Positions 1 through 11,972 of a stretch of 64,000 bases of DNA are shown piece by piece. Numbering within the stretch: position 1 is the stretch's first letter; every line of letters begins with the position of its first letter. Under the pieces are notes generated by a model. It saw nothing but the letters and a program-made list of their open reading frames with translations, was not told the DNA's origin and made no database searches. The position numbers and the translations under genes were made by a program. The DNA is from Vulcanimicrobiota bacterium (GTDB taxonomy: Bacteria; Vulcanimicrobiota; Xenobia; Xenobiales; JADMJV01): assembly GCA_050250895.1 (NCBI GenBank), contig JBFWNU010000001.1:1576008-1640007 (forward strand). The letters run 5' to 3'.

Positions 1-101
1 TCCTGGCGCAGGTGGGCGATCTGCTCGCACAGTAGCTGCACCGCCTCTTCGAGCTGGAAGCTCAATTCCTGGGTGGGATCTTTCACCTGAATAAACTTCA
101 A
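1..101 (-). CDS. 5' part of a hypothetical gene running off the window edge (LKFIQVKDPTQELSFQLEEAVQLLCEQIAHLRQ...)
   Basis: Open frame from TTG at 101 to the window edge, divergent from the gene at 159; translated by hand. Confidence 0.4.
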   Translation of the reverse strand, partial: MKFIQVKDPTQELSFQLEEAVQLLCEQIAHLRQ

Positions 102-158
102 TTGTTTGGCTCTTAGCCCTTCCGAAGGAACGACAGAAAGGGACGGGAATGCTAGGGA

Positions 159-2321
159 ATGAGCATCACCGTGTCCAGCCTGCCTCGGGGGGGCAAGCTC
201 GTCCAGTTGGGGGATCTGCGCGTTCAACTGGCTTCTTATCCCGAGACGATCAAGGACACGCTGGCCGAAGAGGTTCCGCGCATCTTCGTCCTACCCAGCC
301 GGCTATTCGATAGCGAACTGGGGGTAAGCGTCTCGGATGTCGAGTTTCCCATCTATTACCATTACTATCTCTTTCACCGCCAGGTGACCCTGGTCTGTCG
401 GGCCGAGCAGGTGCGACCTATTTTGCGCACGCTGAGTGAAGCGGTTTTCGGGCCGTATCGTATCGACATCGAGAACGAGTATGTAATGGGGGCACAGACT
501 CCGGGCTTTCCCGACCTCAAAGCCGAGTGCGAGTTTTATCGGCGGGTGGCGGCTCCCTCGGGCCGTCTGCGCTTGCGCGACCTGCTCGACCTGGTGCTTT
601 TTGACGACCAGGGCACGGCCACCGTCGAAGGCGTCGAGATTCGCTGTCTCGAGCGCGAGACATTTCGCTTCACCTATCAGGGCGAGTCGGTCGAGGTCAG
701 CCACGAGCCGCTACCCCGCGACTTCAAGAGCAAAGGGCGGACCCGCTGTTTCGAGCCTCCGTCCTTTGGCGTTACGGTCATCGGCAGCGGGCACGGCTTT
801 GATGCCGAGACGGTGACGGCCGGATTTGTGGTTTGGGTGAACGGCAAAGGCGTGCTGGTCGACCCGCCGGTCCACACCACCCGATGGTTTCATGAAAGCG
901 GCATTGACCACCGCCTGGTCGACGACATCATCCTGACGCATTGTCATGCCGATCACGACTCGGGCACGCTGCAGATGATCTTGCGCGAAGGACGCATGGT
1001 GTTGCATACCACCCCCACCGTCCTCAAGAGCTTCATCACCAAGTATCGCTCCATCACCGGCCTGCAGCAGCGCGACTTCATGCGTTTATTCAAGTATTCG
1101 CCGGTGGGGATCGACCAGCCCGTCAACATCTGTGGAGCCGAGTTTCGCTTCAAGTACCGTCTGCACTCGGTGCCCACCGTGGGCTTTGAGGTCTTTTACC
1201 GCGGCAAGTCGTTCGTCTATTCCTCCGACACCGTCTATTGCGAGCCGACCATTCGTCGCCTGCATAGTGAAGGCGTGCTGTCGGCCTCGCGGCTAGAGGA
1301 CTTGCTGACCTTTCCCTGGGACCACTCGTTGGTACTGCATGAGACGGGTATCGGTCCCGTCCATACTCCGGTGGCGGCGCTGGCTGCCCTGCCCGACGAC
1401 GTCAAGCGGCATCTGCTGGTGATCCACGCGTCTTCGCGAATGATTCCACCCGAGTCGGGCCTCAGACTGGTGCCCACCGGGGTCGAGAACACCCTGCGCA
1501 TCGAGGTCGAAGACGAGCCACGAGACGCCACCTTGCGATTGCTCGAGCTACTGGCTCATATCGACATGTTCCGCTCGCTGACGGTCGAAAAAGCTGTCGA
1601 ATTTGCCCGCATGGTGCGCTGCGAGCGGTACGAACCGGGCCAGAGCATCCTGGCCGAAGGCATGCAGGGCGAGCGCTTCTACATGGTGCTCTCGGGCGAG
1701 GTCGAGGTGTCCCGGGCCGGCAAGACTCTGGCCCGCCTGGGTCGTTATGAGTATTTCGGCGAGATCTCGGCTCTCTTTGGCACCGGTCGCACGGCCGACG
1801 TGACCGCCCGGAGCGCGGTCGAACTGGCTTCGCTCTCGCGCGACGACTTTTTTTACTTCATGCGGGGAACCCATCTGCCCGGCCTGCTGCGACGCCTGGC
1901 CGAGAATCGCGTGATGGGCTGTTGGAACCTGCTCGAAGAGAACGCCCTGTTCAGCTCGCTGACCAGCTACCAGAAGACCATTCTTCTCTCCACCTTGAGC
2001 ATCACCGAACGGCGTAGTGGCGACACTCTGTTTGCCGAAGGCGAACCAGTCGAGCACTATTTTTTGGTCGAACTCGGCGATATCCGCATTTCGAAGTCCA
2101 GCGGCAAGCAGTACGAGGTGGGCCGAGGAGCCTTGCTTGGCAGGGTCGAGCGAAACCTCGAGGCTTGCCACCATTTGACCACGGCTACCTGTCTGACCGA
2201 CTGCATTCTCTACGCCATCGACGGCTCAGATTGGAGGCGCTTTCTGGCCACCAATCCGGGCGTCTACATGTCCTTGGTCGAACGGATGGAGACCAGCAAC
2301 ACCTACAGCTTCGTCAGTTGA
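159..2321 (+). CDS. Metallo-beta-lactamase-fold protein with two C-terminal cyclic-nucleotide-binding domains; probable cNMP-regulated phosphodiesterase
   Basis: THCHADHDSG metal motif, HSVP and SSDT motifs; cNMP cassette FGEISALFGTGRTADV plus a second, degenerate cNMP domain. Confidence 0.85.
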   Translation: MSITVSSLPRGGKLVQLGDLRVQLASYPETIKDTLAEEVPRIFVLPSRLFDSELGVSVSDVEFPIYYHYYLFHRQVTLVCRAEQVRPILRTLSEAVFGPYRIDIENEYVMGAQTPGFPDLKAECEFYRRVAAPSGRLRLRDLLDLVLFDDQGTATVEGVEIRCLERETFRFTYQGESVEVSHEPLPRDFKSKGRTRCFEPPSFGVTVIGSGHGFDAETVTAGFVVWVNGKGVLVDPPVHTTRWFHESGIDHRLVDDIILTHCHADHDSGTLQMILREGRMVLHTTPTVLKSFITKYRSITGLQQRDFMRLFKYSPVGIDQPVNICGAEFRFKYRLHSVPTVGFEVFYRGKSFVYSSDTVYCEPTIRRLHSEGVLSASRLEDLLTFPWDHSLVLHETGIGPVHTPVAALAALPDDVKRHLLVIHASSRMIPPESGLRLVPTGVENTLRIEVEDEPRDATLRLLELLAHIDMFRSLTVEKAVEFARMVRCERYEPGQSILAEGMQGERFYMVLSGEVEVSRAGKTLARLGRYEYFGEISALFGTGRTADVTARSAVELASLSRDDFFYFMRGTHLPGLLRRLAENRVMGCWNLLEENALFSSLTSYQKTILLSTLSITERRSGDTLFAEGEPVEHYFLVELGDIRISKSSGKQYEVGRGALLGRVERNLEACHHLTTATCLTDCILYAIDGSDWRRFLATNPGVYMSLVERMETSNTYSFVS

Positions 2322-3430
2322 GGACTGAGGATTTTCGAGAGCCCGGTCAACAGCAGGTCGACGTAGCGTGATTGGGCCGAGTGCCCCATCAGTCCGACCC
2401 GCCAGGCCCGACCCTTGAAATCACCAAGCCCACCGGCGATCTCGATGCCGTAGTCGTGCATGAGCTGGTGGCGAACGCTAGCCTCGTCGACCCCAACCGG
2501 AGCCAGCACCGTGGTCAGGGTGGGCAGGCGATGCTCCTTGGCCACCACCAGCGGCAGACCCAGTTCGTCCAGGCCGGCCCACAACTGCTCGGCCACCTTT
2601 TGGATGTGAGCGACGCGCCGGGGTAGACCTTCTTCCTCGATCAGCTTGAGAGCCTCATAGAGCGCGTAGGTCAGGTTGATGGGGCCGGTGTGGTGATAAG
2701 CGGCCGGCCGGCGCCAGTAGCTCAGGTTCAACATCACGTCGAGATACCACGACGAGCAGGGCTTGTTGCGCCTCTCGATGCGAGCCATCGCTTGGGGCCC
2801 GAAGGTGATCGGCGAGATGCCGGGAGGCGCGCTCAAGCATTTCTGGGCGCCGGTGTAGGCGCAGTCGACCCCCCAGGCGTCGGTTTCGAATTCGACTCCA
2901 CCCAGCGAGGCTACCGTGTCGACCAGAATCAGGGCCTGGTACTGGCGCGCCAGTTCGGCCAGAGGCAAGATGTCTTGCCTGACTCCGGTGCTGGTCTCGC
3001 CGTGGACGACCGTGACCAGGTCGGCCCGACCCAGCTTGGCCAGAGTCGCCTTGAGGTCGGTCGGATCGATCGGCTGCCCCCAGGGGGCGGTGACCAGGTG
3101 CAGATCGGCTCCGGCCCGCTCGAGCATCTGGCGCATCCGGTCTCCGAAATAGCCGTGCACGCAGCAGACCACCGTATTCCCCGGCTCGACCAGGTTATAG
3201 AGCGCGCACTCCATGGCCGCCGTGCCGCCGCCGGTGACTGCGAAAGTGGCCTCGTTTTCGGTTTTGAAGACCAGGCGTAGCAGGCGTTGCACCTCTTCCA
3301 TCAGGGCCAGATAGGTGCTGTCGAGATGGCCCACCGTGGGGCGGGCCATGGCCGTCAGGACCCGGGCCGGGACATTGCTCGGACCAGGACCCAGCAGAAT
3401 GCGTTCGGGAGGATCGAAGTGAAAGCTCAT
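2303..3430 (-). CDS. Alanine-glyoxylate / serine-pyruvate aminotransferase (class V, PLP)
   Basis: [36 protein letters not shown] (PLP lysine). Confidence 0.93.
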   Translation of the reverse strand: MSFHFDPPERILLGPGPSNVPARVLTAMARPTVGHLDSTYLALMEEVQRLLRLVFKTENEATFAVTGGGTAAMECALYNLVEPGNTVVCCVHGYFGDRMRQMLERAGADLHLVTAPWGQPIDPTDLKATLAKLGRADLVTVVHGETSTGVRQDILPLAELARQYQALILVDTVASLGGVEFETDAWGVDCAYTGAQKCLSAPPGISPITFGPQAMARIERRNKPCSSWYLDVMLNLSYWRRPAAYHHTGPINLTYALYEALKLIEEEGLPRRVAHIQKVAEQLWAGLDELGLPLVVAKEHRLPTLTTVLAPVGVDEASVRHQLMHDYGIEIAGGLGDFKGRAWRVGLMGHSAQSRYVDLLLTGLSKILSPQLTKL

Positions 3431-3446
3431 GACCGAGCCTTCCTGG

Positions 3447-4910
3447 TTACAGGCCGACCACCTCTTTGCGACGCCGGACCTCGTAGGTCAGTTCCAGCTC
3501 ACGACGACCGCGGGGGCCAAGCTCGACTTGCCAGCGCACCAGGCCGTCGGCATCGGGCTCGTTTTTTTGGCAGCTGATTTCGACCTGCTTGATTTCCGAC
3601 ACGGGGACCCGCTCGATGACGGTCAGGTGACGCGGCTCGAGCCCCAGATTCGAGAGCTTGAGAGTGATGGTGTGCTCGGTTTTGCGCCAGCCGCCGGTAA
3701 GATCGGCTTTGCTCTCTTCGCTCTTCTTGGCGGTGCGCTGGACGCGCAGGGCCGGGTCGGGACCCCAACTGAGTTGGAACTTCTCGTTGGGAGCCAGATA
3801 CAGCACCTGGCCGCGACCCACCAGTCCGCCCTCACGAATCAGGTCGACCGGGCCGGCCAGGACCGGATGGCTCGAGGTGTTGACCGCCATCGTCTTCTCG
3901 ATGACCTCGCAGGCCAACTCGGCGGTCAACACGCGCTCGACGGAGGTCTCGACCTTGAATTCGAACAGGCTGGTGCGCACCGGCTGACCGTCGCTGGGCA
4001 CGCTGGTCAGGCTCAGGGCTTTGAGCTTGACCACCTCGCCACCATCATCGATGCCGGGCAACTCGGGCGGACCCAGCTGAGGTCGGAGTCCGCCCTCGGG
4101 TTCGAGTGCTTGCACCTCCTGGTCGCGCTCAGCCACCACGACCTCGGTCTGCTTACGCTGGCTGGCCAGATAGTCCACTCCGAGCTCGGGAGGGTCCACT
4201 CCCTGGGTCGGTCGTTGAGTCGAAAACCACAACTCGACCTCCGGCCAATCTTCGCCAGTGTTTTGCCAGACACAACCGTCACATCGAAAGGTCAGGGTGG
4301 GACCGGCCAGACTGGCCTGGTGGTAGGGCCTCCAACAAGCTCCGGGCACGCAGTATTCCAGGCTGACCCGGTAGGCGCCGGCCTGTTCGACCCGCAATTC
4401 GAGTTCGATACGGGCCTGCGGTGGGGGCGGCGCGGCTGGCGCCGGCTGGCCTGCTCGAGCCAGTTCGGACAGTTCGGTGCGAAGACGGCCTTGCTCAGCC
4501 AGCAAGTCGTCTTGCCACTGCTCCAGCTCTTGTAGCCGGGCCGGCCAGTTCTCCGTGGGCGTCTGATGGTGAGCCACCGCCAGCATGAGTTGGTCGAGAA
4601 ACTGGGAGTAGACCTCTTTGCTCTGGGTGAGCTGCTGCTCGACCATCTGCAATTGCTCCTGGAGTTCCTCGTTCTCGACCGGCTTGGGAGGGACGGGCTC
4701 GAGTTTTGGCCGCCAGCGGCGCAGGCGAGCGTCGATGACCTGACAGCTCGCCCCCTCGACGGTGGCGCTCAGGGTCTTGTCCACGGCCAGCGGTGTGACA
4801 GCCTCGATTTCCAGGCGATGGACCCCGGCCTCAAGGTCCAGTTTGCCGGCCCGGGTTACATAGGCTCTGTCCTCGAGCAAGGTGACTTTGGTGATCGGTA
4901 GCTGGCTCAT
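3447..4910 (-). CDS. DUF4140/DUF4139 (MuiA-like) protein
   Basis: N-terminal ITKVTLLEDRAYVTR, coiled coil, WRPYH, VWQNTGEDW, ERVPVSE. Confidence 0.85.
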   Translation of the reverse strand: MSQLPITKVTLLEDRAYVTRAGKLDLEAGVHRLEIEAVTPLAVDKTLSATVEGASCQVIDARLRRWRPKLEPVPPKPVENEELQEQLQMVEQQLTQSKEVYSQFLDQLMLAVAHHQTPTENWPARLQELEQWQDDLLAEQGRLRTELSELARAGQPAPAAPPPPQARIELELRVEQAGAYRVSLEYCVPGACWRPYHQASLAGPTLTFRCDGCVWQNTGEDWPEVELWFSTQRPTQGVDPPELGVDYLASQRKQTEVVVAERDQEVQALEPEGGLRPQLGPPELPGIDDGGEVVKLKALSLTSVPSDGQPVRTSLFEFKVETSVERVLTAELACEVIEKTMAVNTSSHPVLAGPVDLIREGGLVGRGQVLYLAPNEKFQLSWGPDPALRVQRTAKKSEESKADLTGGWRKTEHTITLKLSNLGLEPRHLTVIERVPVSEIKQVEISCQKNEPDADGLVRWQVELGPRGRRELELTYEVRRRKEVVGL

Positions 4911-6949
4911 TCTTCCCTCCGGTTTCCGCCCACGACTTCGAGCTTGGAGGACAGGTCGATGCGATAGTTGGCCTGCAGCACCCGCTCTTCGGCTTTGGCC
5001 AGGCGAACCACCCAGCGTCGCTGCCCGGGATGGCCGTCGGGCAGAGCTTCCCAGGCTGGTTCGACCTCTCCCTCGATGACCTGGATCTCCTTCTCGCCCT
5101 CGGTGGCCACCGGCAGGCGCTCCCGCACCTCGAGGGTCACCTCGCGGTTGGTGCGGTTGGCCACCTCGAGATGGAGCGAATGATGCAGCTGCAGGGTCCC
5201 GCCCATCATGCCGGCGGTGGTCTCTTGGTAGTCGACGTTGCGGGCCACCTTGACCCCCTGCTCTACGCCCAGTCCCAGTTCTAGCGTCGAGCCGGGCACC
5301 ACATCGCCAATGGTGGTACTGAGCAGATAGTCACCCCCGACCATCAGGTCAGCCGGACCGGCCGGCAGGGCCAGATCGGCCAGGCTCTCGACGCGAGCCC
5401 GCCGGAAGACATCGCGGGTGACCCTGGGCACGCAGACGAGATGCTTCTCGGCGGTCAGGCTATGGGTGGCCAGGGGCAGGGTGTGGTAATCGGCCCCGCT
5501 TGGCACATCGACCGGGCATTGGCCACAATAGAGATAATCGAACCCGTCGATGGATTGGGGCAGGCGATAGCCCGACGGTAGAGGCACCTGAAGGGCCCGA
5601 GCGCTTTCTTGACGAGCCGCGCCGAGAAGCTGGTCGGGACTGGCGGTAGGCGGGCTGCCGGCTTCGACCCAGGCGCGCCGGGCGGCGACCACGGGATCCT
5701 GACGCGTGAGCCTGCCCCGACCGGGTTCATCGGGACCGGGCATGCGCAGGGCTGAGTAGGCCAGGTGCTCGCTCCCGACCTCGAAGGCAGGCTCTGGTTC
5801 GGGTCGAGGTATCGAGGGGGGACCCTTCCTCTTCTTGGCCACATCGGTCAGGCGCGAGCGGGATTGGCCCATGCTCAGGCGGGCCAGCCCCCCGGTTGGC
5901 GCAGCGCGCGGCGGTGCAGGGGGCATAGCGGCGGCCATAGCTCCGGCCGGGGCGCTACCGAACAGGTCATCGGCGGCCCCTCCGCCTGCCCCCTCAAAGA
6001 GGTCAGTCTCTTCCCGGTCGAAGAGGCAGGTTTCGAGTTCCAGGTCGGCCAGAATTTCGGGCTCAGGTTCGGGCGCTGGTGGCGACTCTCCCAGACGGGC
6101 ATAGTCTCGATACAGTTCTTCGACCCCGGTCGGCGGGGGCCGCCACCCCGCTTTGGCGGGCCCGGGTTGATGGCGTCCGATACGGCGACTGGCGAGTTCG
6201 GGTACCTCTTTCCAGCCGGTGGGCTGGCTGGTCGCCACTCGTAGATTGACCCCCATCCAGGGCTCGCCGGTGGTCTGGCACACGGCGACCCGCATCAATA
6301 GCTCGACCATCGACAGATCACGGTCGAAGCGAAAGGTGTAGGCGGGGGCCCACAATACCCCGGGCACCTGATAACTGACTTTGAGTCGCCCTACCGACCC
6401 CTGGCCAGCCACCGTGACTACTACCGAACGGGTCAGACGGGAGCCTTTGGCCAACTCTTGCTGGACCTTGTGCTCGGCCACCGCCAACTCGTCGACCTGC
6501 TGGCGCAGCTCACGGATCCGTCGGGAAATCTCGGACAGATGCCGGTTACGCACCTCGAGAAGTAGGCGCCGTCCATCGAGATCGAATCGGAAGGTGGGTT
6601 CTTGGGTCGGCTGGCCCGTAGACGGCGGGGGCGAGCTGAGAGTGCCAAGCTTAGCCGCTCGCGCTTCGAGGTTGCGAATGCCGGTCATAAGAATATGGCG
6701 TTGCTGGCTGCGGGCAGCGGCGGACTGGCTGTCAGGCCAGGGACCCGCTTGATAGAGATACTCCACCCGGTGACTCACGGCCACCAGTCCTTCACCTTCG
6801 ATCGCGGCCCGGACCGAGGTCTCGTCGAGGCTCAGCGGCAGGTCGTCAAGGCGAACCTGGCCGGGGCCGCTGAGCTCGGCCACCCGCTCGACGAGAGCTG
6901 TCTGATGGTAGATGGTGACCGATTCGATGCGAGAAGTGAGGGTTTCCAT
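4907..6949 (-). CDS. DUF4140/DUF4139 (MuiA-like) protein, longer paralogue
   Basis: IESVTIYHQTALVER, WAPAY, VCQTTGEPW, ERLPV, C-terminal GGNRREE; 4-nt overlap with downstream paralogue. Confidence 0.85.
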   Translation of the reverse strand: METLTSRIESVTIYHQTALVERVAELSGPGQVRLDDLPLSLDETSVRAAIEGEGLVAVSHRVEYLYQAGPWPDSQSAAARSQQRHILMTGIRNLEARAAKLGTLSSPPPSTGQPTQEPTFRFDLDGRRLLLEVRNRHLSEISRRIRELRQQVDELAVAEHKVQQELAKGSRLTRSVVVTVAGQGSVGRLKVSYQVPGVLWAPAYTFRFDRDLSMVELLMRVAVCQTTGEPWMGVNLRVATSQPTGWKEVPELASRRIGRHQPGPAKAGWRPPPTGVEELYRDYARLGESPPAPEPEPEILADLELETCLFDREETDLFEGAGGGAADDLFGSAPAGAMAAAMPPAPPRAAPTGGLARLSMGQSRSRLTDVAKKRKGPPSIPRPEPEPAFEVGSEHLAYSALRMPGPDEPGRGRLTRQDPVVAARRAWVEAGSPPTASPDQLLGAARQESARALQVPLPSGYRLPQSIDGFDYLYCGQCPVDVPSGADYHTLPLATHSLTAEKHLVCVPRVTRDVFRRARVESLADLALPAGPADLMVGGDYLLSTTIGDVVPGSTLELGLGVEQGVKVARNVDYQETTAGMMGGTLQLHHSLHLEVANRTNREVTLEVRERLPVATEGEKEIQVIEGEVEPAWEALPDGHPGQRRWVVRLAKAEERVLQANYRIDLSSKLEVVGGNRREE

Positions 6950-6980
6950 GGGTGGATTTTACAGCTTTACTGTTAAAGTG

Positions 6981-7394
6981 TCAACTTTCAAGTTTCTCGA
7001 TGGCCTGCCGCAGCCTCTCGGGTAGCGGTTCACTGCGGCCGCTCTCGTAGTCGTAGTAAACAATCACGCCTTCTCCTCGGGCTGCTTCTTTTTGTTGAGC
7101 CTGGCTAAAGATACGATACGCCATGGTGAAGCTCGAATTGCCCAGGCGGGTGACGCCGGTCTCGGCCACGATGGTGTCGGGAAAAGTCAGGGGGACAAGA
7201 AAGTCGCAACGCGTGCTGGCCAGGATCGGACCGGCCTTGCTTTCGCGGCTCTGGGCCAATCCAGTGGCCTGGAAATAGGCGATCCGCGCCGATTCGAAAA
7301 AGCGAAAGTAGTTGGTGTTGTTGACGTGCGCAAAGGCATCCATGTCTCCCCAGGCGATGGGGATCTCTAGTTTGATCGGAAACTTCGTGTCCAT
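6981..7394 (-). CDS. Acyl-CoA thioesterase (4HBT/YbgC hot-dog family)
   Basis: WGDMDAFAHVNNTNYFRFFESAR motif. Confidence 0.92.
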   Translation of the reverse strand: MDTKFPIKLEIPIAWGDMDAFAHVNNTNYFRFFESARIAYFQATGLAQSRESKAGPILASTRCDFLVPLTFPDTIVAETGVTRLGNSSFTMAYRIFSQAQQKEAARGEGVIVYYDYESGRSEPLPERLRQAIEKLES

Positions 7395-7418
7395 GGCGCC
7401 CCCTCCGAGATGTCTGGC

Positions 7419-9947
<2,529 letters not shown>

Positions 9948-9951
9948 CGGA

Positions 9952-10048
9952 CAAAAAAAAAGAGAGCTGCCAGACGGGGTTGAGGAAGTTTGCAGGAGGG
10001 TCCACAACGTAGGAAAGGGTTTGTCTGGCAGCTCGTTGTTTTGTTCTT
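9952..10048 (-). ncRNA. Candidate ~95-nt small RNA: A-rich 5' end, 12-bp perfect stem, 47-nt C/U-rich loop, U-tail
   Basis: GAGCTGCCAGAC (9964-9975) / GTCTGGCAGCTC (10023-10034); A9 run at 9953-9961 gives the U-tail on the minus strand; -10 TACAAT at 10060-10055. Confidence 0.55.
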
Positions 10049-10103
10049 GCCCTTATTGTAGGCAGACGGAGGTGGGCCGCCAACCCTTAAGTTGTTGCTC
10101 GCT

Positions 10104-10130
10104 TGTAACAGATGTAACCTGATTGTGAAC
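10104..10130 (-). promoter_or_regulatory. Triple GTTACA-like direct repeat, putative activator site
   Basis: Minus strand reads GTTCACAATCAGGTTACATCTGTTACA; very similar to 24691-24717. Confidence 0.5.
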
Positions 10131-10190
10131 TGGCGTTTACTTCTGTAACATAGTAGGGCTGTTCGAGGCTCAGGGGGAACAGGGACCAGC

Positions 10191-11972
10191 ATGAAGCGAT
10201 TACTGGTGGCTCTTTGTCTGTTCTGCCTGGTGGCCTGCACCGAGACCGCAGGGCAACTCGACGTGACCTCGGATGGTGTCTCCGGCGCAAGCCTTTTTCG
10301 GGTCGATGTCTGGGCTCAAGAGGCAGGTTTGGACCTGGTCGAAGGACAGACGTTCTCGAGCGGCGACACTATGAGCTTCGCTGATGTCCCCTCGGGCCGC
10401 TGGTCGGTGCTGGTTCAAGCTCAAGATAGTTCGGGCACGACCATCAGCCACTTCCGGACCGATGTGGACATCTCGGCCAGCCAGACCACCACCGTTCACG
10501 CCGGGCCTTTCCGGCCGGGACTGCCCGATTCGTTTTCGCAAAACGGCTTCAACGTCACCAGTTTCGGAGCCAACGACGCGGCCACTCTGGTGGCCTTCTT
10601 TCCCGCTCCCAACAATACCGATGGGGCTATTCCCGGCAGTCTTAGCGTGGGAGAGGCCACGGCCAACCGCGGCCAGTTGACCCGCGTCGGCTACGATGAA
10701 TCCAGCGTGGCCCACCGCTGTCTGCCGGCCGAGTTGATGGCCAGCGAGATGATGGCCTGCAATCAGGCCATCGCACGCGGACAGGCCAACCTGAGAAGTG
10801 AGCCCCAGCGCTTTGAAGAACTGGCCCAGGGGGACACCCAGGATTTCTTCATCGTCACTTCGGGTCAGACGGTCACCTGCCAGAAGATGTTGGCCGAGGC
10901 CTCGACGCTGCATTGCGTAATCTTTGCCGAACTGGTCAACGGCACGCCCGTGCTCAGTACCGCCAACGCCCAGGCCATCGCCAACGCCTTCGATAGCAAT
11001 AATCCCTTCGGAACGGGCGGCATCTATGATCGCGTTCACGAGGTCTTCGGCAGCGAATGGAGCGACTCGGGCGGCCGCGACGGTGACGACAAGATCGTCC
11101 TGGTGTATCTCTCCAGTTCCAGCATCGGCGGCAGTGGCCTGTTCGGCTTCTTCAGGCCGTCTGACGAACTGGCGGCGAGTTCAGTCAGCACCAGCAACGA
11201 AGGCGAGATCCTCTATCTCAACGCCGACAAGGTCAGCGGCGACCTGTTCGACAGCCTGGCCACTCTGGCTCACGAGTTTCAGCACATGTGCCACTACAAC
11301 CAGAAGGTCGCCCAGAACGGAACCTTCCCGGCCGGGGCGGTGGCCGACGAATTTACCTTCGACGAGGGCCTTGCGATTCTGTCCGAGCAGCTCAACGGAT
11401 TCACCCTCGAAGCGGCCTCGGGCGGAAACAACTTCATGTTCCGGTCAGTCCAGCAGTTTTTGGCCGACCCCGACCAGCCGTTCTTCACCTTTGCCAGTCG
11501 TTTGCGCGACTACGGAGCCGGCTATCTGCTAATGCGCTATCTGCATGATCGCGAAGGCGTGGCCGCAGTCACCGCGTTTGCCACTTCGACCCAGTCCGGC
11601 CGCGCCGGCTTTACGGCCGCAACCGGCATCGATTTCCAAGAATTCTTCGCCGACTGGTGTCAGACCAATCTGGTCAACGACCTGACCAGTGGGCCCGACG
11701 ATCTGCACTACGACAATCTCTCGTTGACCGGTAACTTCACCATCCGCGACCTGGGCAACTCGACTCTGCCCGGGCTCACCATCGACACCGTCAAGAATCC
11801 GCCTCTCGACGAGGTGCTCAGCCTGTCGTTCGGCCCCTGGGCCCCGACCTACGTGCGCTTCGAGGGGGGCGACGGCTCGAGTCTGACGCTCGAACTCTCG
11901 GCCAGCACGGTCGAGTTGGTCTCGAATCTGGTGGTCGAGAGCCCGGCCGGAACCTACTCTAGCACTCAGTAG
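10191..11972 (+). CDS. Lipoprotein zinc metallopeptidase (HExxH; M30-like)
   Basis: Lipobox LVAC; GFF...D..NEGEILY; TLAHEFQHM; downstream DEGLA. Confidence 0.8.
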   Translation: MKRLLVALCLFCLVACTETAGQLDVTSDGVSGASLFRVDVWAQEAGLDLVEGQTFSSGDTMSFADVPSGRWSVLVQAQDSSGTTISHFRTDVDISASQTTTVHAGPFRPGLPDSFSQNGFNVTSFGANDAATLVAFFPAPNNTDGAIPGSLSVGEATANRGQLTRVGYDESSVAHRCLPAELMASEMMACNQAIARGQANLRSEPQRFEELAQGDTQDFFIVTSGQTVTCQKMLAEASTLHCVIFAELVNGTPVLSTANAQAIANAFDSNNPFGTGGIYDRVHEVFGSEWSDSGGRDGDDKIVLVYLSSSSIGGSGLFGFFRPSDELAASSVSTSNEGEILYLNADKVSGDLFDSLATLAHEFQHMCHYNQKVAQNGTFPAGAVADEFTFDEGLAILSEQLNGFTLEAASGGNNFMFRSVQQFLADPDQPFFTFASRLRDYGAGYLLMRYLHDREGVAAVTAFATSTQSGRAGFTAATGIDFQEFFADWCQTNLVNDLTSGPDDLHYDNLSLTGNFTIRDLGNSTLPGLTIDTVKNPPLDEVLSLSFGPWAPTYVRFEGGDGSSLTLELSASTVELVSNLVVESPAGTYSSTQ

